DNA of 64,000 bases from Basidiobolus meristosporus CBS 931.73 (lineage: Eukaryota > Fungi > Basidiobolomycota). Location: the NCBI GenBank assembly GCA_002104905.1, contig MCFE01000062.1, forward strand, positions 1 through 64,000, read 5' to 3'. Within the stretch, counting starts at the first letter, position 1. Every line of letters starts with the position of its first letter. Below the pieces are notes generated by a model. It was not told the origin of the DNA, did no database searches, and saw only the letters and a list, made by a program, of their open reading frames with translations. This document shows, one piece after another, positions 60,643 through 64,000 of the stretch. The position numbers and the translations under genes are program-made.

Positions 60643-62487
60643 AAGAGTTCTTTTCGGATAGCTTACAGCAAGTTTCATTTCAATTTCACATCCCCTTTCA
60701 GTTCAGAAACCTCATTATTCCCCTATCTTTGATCTAATCAGCAATGGTATGGATCGCCCGTATTATTTGTATAGAATATAATAAGAAAAGTCGATTTTTC
60801 TTCTCATGAGATAGTTTTCAGACAGCAAGCTAAGTGCCCCTCAAGTCTCTTATTCCTGCCAATTATGCAATAAATTTTATTTGACACATGCTTTAGTGCC
60901 TCCCCTCTCCTTCACACGCTCTAACTATCAAGGAAATGGAGGAATCCTGCTTGTGTTCCTCAAGTTGGCTTGATCTCTGACCAATTCATCTGTGATACTT
61001 CACGTTTCACATTCATTAATGTACGTCCACTCAAGATGTCAGGAGATAAATTTACGGGTATTACCAAATCTAGTGGAATTATTTAGCGAATTACTATGAG
61101 CTGGTTCCCTTCCTTCATTAAGCAAAGGCACCAGTCTCTTGCGCCAGTTCATAGGAAGGTTTGTATTAGAGAGATCTAGAGCTCACTGGGGATCAAACGG
61201 AATGTGGGAGTAGAAAATACCTCCAGATCTGGCTTGGATTTCGTCTGATACCTCCGACTCGATTATGATCAAGCAATTGTGGAGTGTGAGTTCCATCCAC
61301 GATACAAGTGATGGTCAGCCCATTTGTCACACGATGTAGTATATGCTATCTGCGCATCAATAGTACATACGTCCCTACCGAATTCCAGTCCATTTCCAAC
61401 TCACACTGAATTCCGAATGCACCTTTATTGGCCCGCTTCGATGTTGGTGGAAGCCTTCGAACTGTTCGTAGCTGCAAATTGGAAACGCGTTGTTACTCAA
61501 TCTATTGGAAGTCCTGGGATCTGATTAAGACTCTCGCTACATATGTACGGTGGAATCTGCCCAGTTCTTCGCTGTCAAAGAATAAGCAGTGGAGTCTGAG
61601 CCTAGCTAAGTCATTTATATTTACGGACATTTGATCTTTGCCCGAGTGCCGGTATTGGAGAACGATTCTTCCTAAAAAGGATGCTTTCACTTGGGTTGTT
61701 CTCTATCCGTCGGGCTCGATGAGAGGTTTTGGGATCCCTCCTTGCTAATCACGGTATCTTCCTGCTCTTCTGTGTTCTTCTGAAATTACTGTAAAGCACA
61801 TCACATTCCTTTCACGTGCAAGCCTAGATTTTAAAGGTCAATCCAGTTACATCCTGGGATTGGCGGGTTAATTTGCAATGGTTATTCCATCTACTTCAGA
61901 ATTCCCTTGTATCCATTTCCACTTATATTTCCCAATACTAGGAAGGCCGCAGCCTTATTAATTTGACTCGTGGCATTTAAATGGCTGATTGCAATACACT
62001 GCTCTTCCCTGTGATGGCGCAACATCCTATCTAACATGGCCCCTTCAAAGTTTTCACTAGTTAGCTGGTAAACTCAAAATGTTGGCTACCTCGGCAATGC
62101 TGAATATATACATCTGATGGTGCCTGCCCTGCTTGCAAGTAGATACGGGACTTGAAAGTGCTCTAGTTATTCCTATTTGGTGATATTTCCTATCTTTTCG
62201 GGGCTGGAAATGCTGGGATAGTAAAATGATAGGATTGTGTGTATATTAATGAGGCTGTTGAGGTATTCTGTTGCTAAACTTGTGAAAATCCACAAAAGGA
62301 ACAGGTACTCTATGTTTACTATACAAACCAGTAAGTGAGTGCCATATTTTCCTCTCTAATTTCCTCACTGGCCTCTAATAGCAACATTTTAAATCTATTC
62401 TTTGTGGTCAAGAAGTCCCCAAGCCATGACATAGACTCATAAGTATGTGTCAGATTTCTTCCCATCTCCTTTTATACTTACTTCTAT

Positions 62488-62830
62488 TTGTTGTAAACTT
62501 TGTATTTACATCAAAATCTTCACCTAACTCAGTCACTTAGATCATTGTCTACAAATCTTAGAGAATTCTGGCCAAATTCCTGGTCGAGATTTATATAGAG
62601 CATTTTCTGCAAGACATCAGGTACCCCAAACATGGAAAATCTCAAAGTTGCCTAAGCAGGCCCATGCCTCTCAAACCTCTTCTTGGGACTTTCTTAAGCA
62701 TATTTTACTTATTTGTTTTGCCAAGACCATGTAACAGTATAAATACCACTCTTACATTCAATACATCATTAGGTGAAAACCACAAATCCACTTGCTCTCA
62801 ATGCACCTTTCAGTATCTCAATAGACTCTT
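62488..62830 (+). repeat. Degenerate ~340 bp direct repeat, copy A (probable TE-derived DNA)
   Basis: Aligns with 63483-63820 (cacctaact.agtcacttagatcat...caggtaccc...catg.aaa..ctcaaagttg). Confidence 0.75.
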
Positions 62831-63482
62831 TCAGAGAATATCTGCATCAACCCAGAAACTTGGATCCTAGCTTATATACTTTCTTACTTGCTGCACAAAT
62901 TTCTTGTCATGAAGTATATAGTTCACTTGGATTGATATTACAGGTACCCAGAGCATGAAAAATTTCCAAGTTATTCCAGAAGTTCCTCACTTTGCACACA
63001 TACACTTGGTATTCCCTATAACACATTCTAAATGTTTGCTTCATCAAGAAAAAATAAAATTACAATGCCACTTTTATATATGATAAACCATGAGTGAAGA
63101 CTATATTCTAGTAGTCCTCCTAGTTGCTTCCAATATTCTGGAGACTCCAACTGCCTAGTAAGGGAATATGTATATATTACACATTATTTCTCCATATCAC
63201 TGTTTGTGACTCTTGTTGCAAGATTCTAAGGAATATTGGCAATGATTTGTTTGTTGTCATGTTGAGTTGAAGTAATACATTTATACTTTCAGGAGAGCTT
63301 TGCAAAGCCAACAACATAAATTCATCACAAGAGGCTTCTGTCCTGGTTTTATTCATTGTAAAATTGGTATTTGCACCTATATAGTCCATTAACTTGGTTG
63401 CTTGGATGATTGCGTATGATCCTTACTATACCTCTTGTCCAAATTCCTGGTCAGGATCTATTTGGAATATTTTCACCAAAAT

Positions 63483-63820
63483 GTTGTTGTAAAAATTCTT
63501 ATTTCCACCTAAATATTCACCTAACTTAGTCACTTAGATCATCACCTTCAAATCCTAGAGAATACTGACCAAAATTCCTTGTTGGGATTTACTTAGAATA
63601 TTATCACCAAAATACCAGGTACCCAGAACATGAAAATTCTCAAAGTTGTCCAAACAGCCCCAAACTTTGCACACATGTTCTTGGGACCCTCCTTAACCTA
63701 TTCTACATGCTTGTAATGCCAAGACCAGGTAAAAGTATTAATATTGCTTTTACATTCAATAAATCATTCAGTGAGAACCACATAATCTACTTGTTCTCCC
63801 AATCACTTCCAATATCTCCA
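63483..63820 (+). repeat. Degenerate ~340 bp direct repeat, copy B
   Basis: Aligns with 62488-62830. Further partial copies at ~62941-63000 and ~63435-63480. Confidence 0.75.
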
Positions 63821-64000
63821 AGACTCTTACAACATTAGGTTCACATGAGTATTGACCAAGAAGTGATATGATAGCATTACATTGTTGAAGGTCAAACTGT
63901 TATCCCCATGGATAAGACTACTTTGACTCAAAGCTGTAAGAGAAGAGAAAGAAGACCATATTGCTATTGTGGCAAGCCTCTGAGCCATGAAGCATGCAGA

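Noticed and set aside
59829-60661. Overlapping Gly-rich antisense and alternate ORFs
   Set aside because: Artefacts of the Pro/Thr-rich coding strand.
1-64000. CRISPR arrays, rRNA, prokaryotic operons or intact transposons
   Set aside because: None seen; the window is eukaryotic with spliced genes and only degenerate repeats.

Overview
Eukaryotic DNA with short GT-AG introns, most consistent with a non-Dikarya (early-diverging) fungus; a Basidiobolus/Mortierella-like host is an inference from gene content. The first quarter is one uninterrupted ~16 kb nonribosomal peptide synthetase (NRPS) gene of bacterial-type architecture: C(degenerate)-A-nMT-T / C-A-T / C-A-nMT-T / C-A-T-TE. It is predicted to make an all-L, alternately N-methylated, aliphatic tetrapeptide. 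Modules 1 and 3 share a ~99.5% identical 3.08 kb A-nMT-T cassette. Module 4 carries an A domain whose flanks are near-copies of A1/A3 but whose specificity subdomain is diverged. No cluster partners lie downstream. The rest holds mostly intron-containing housekeeping genes: PA-RING E3 ligase, Ca-binding mitochondrial carrier (SAL1-like), SulP sulfate transporter, Nma111-like protease, TVP38-like protein, phytochelatin synthase-like protein, DUF1212/PRM10-like exporter, cobalamin-dependent methionine synthase, and an F-box/LRR protein. There are also several orphan secreted or membrane proteins, including a spliced prepro-protein rich in amphipathic beta-strands, and CpG-depleted degenerate repeats. 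All alignments, counts and exon boundaries were made by eye.
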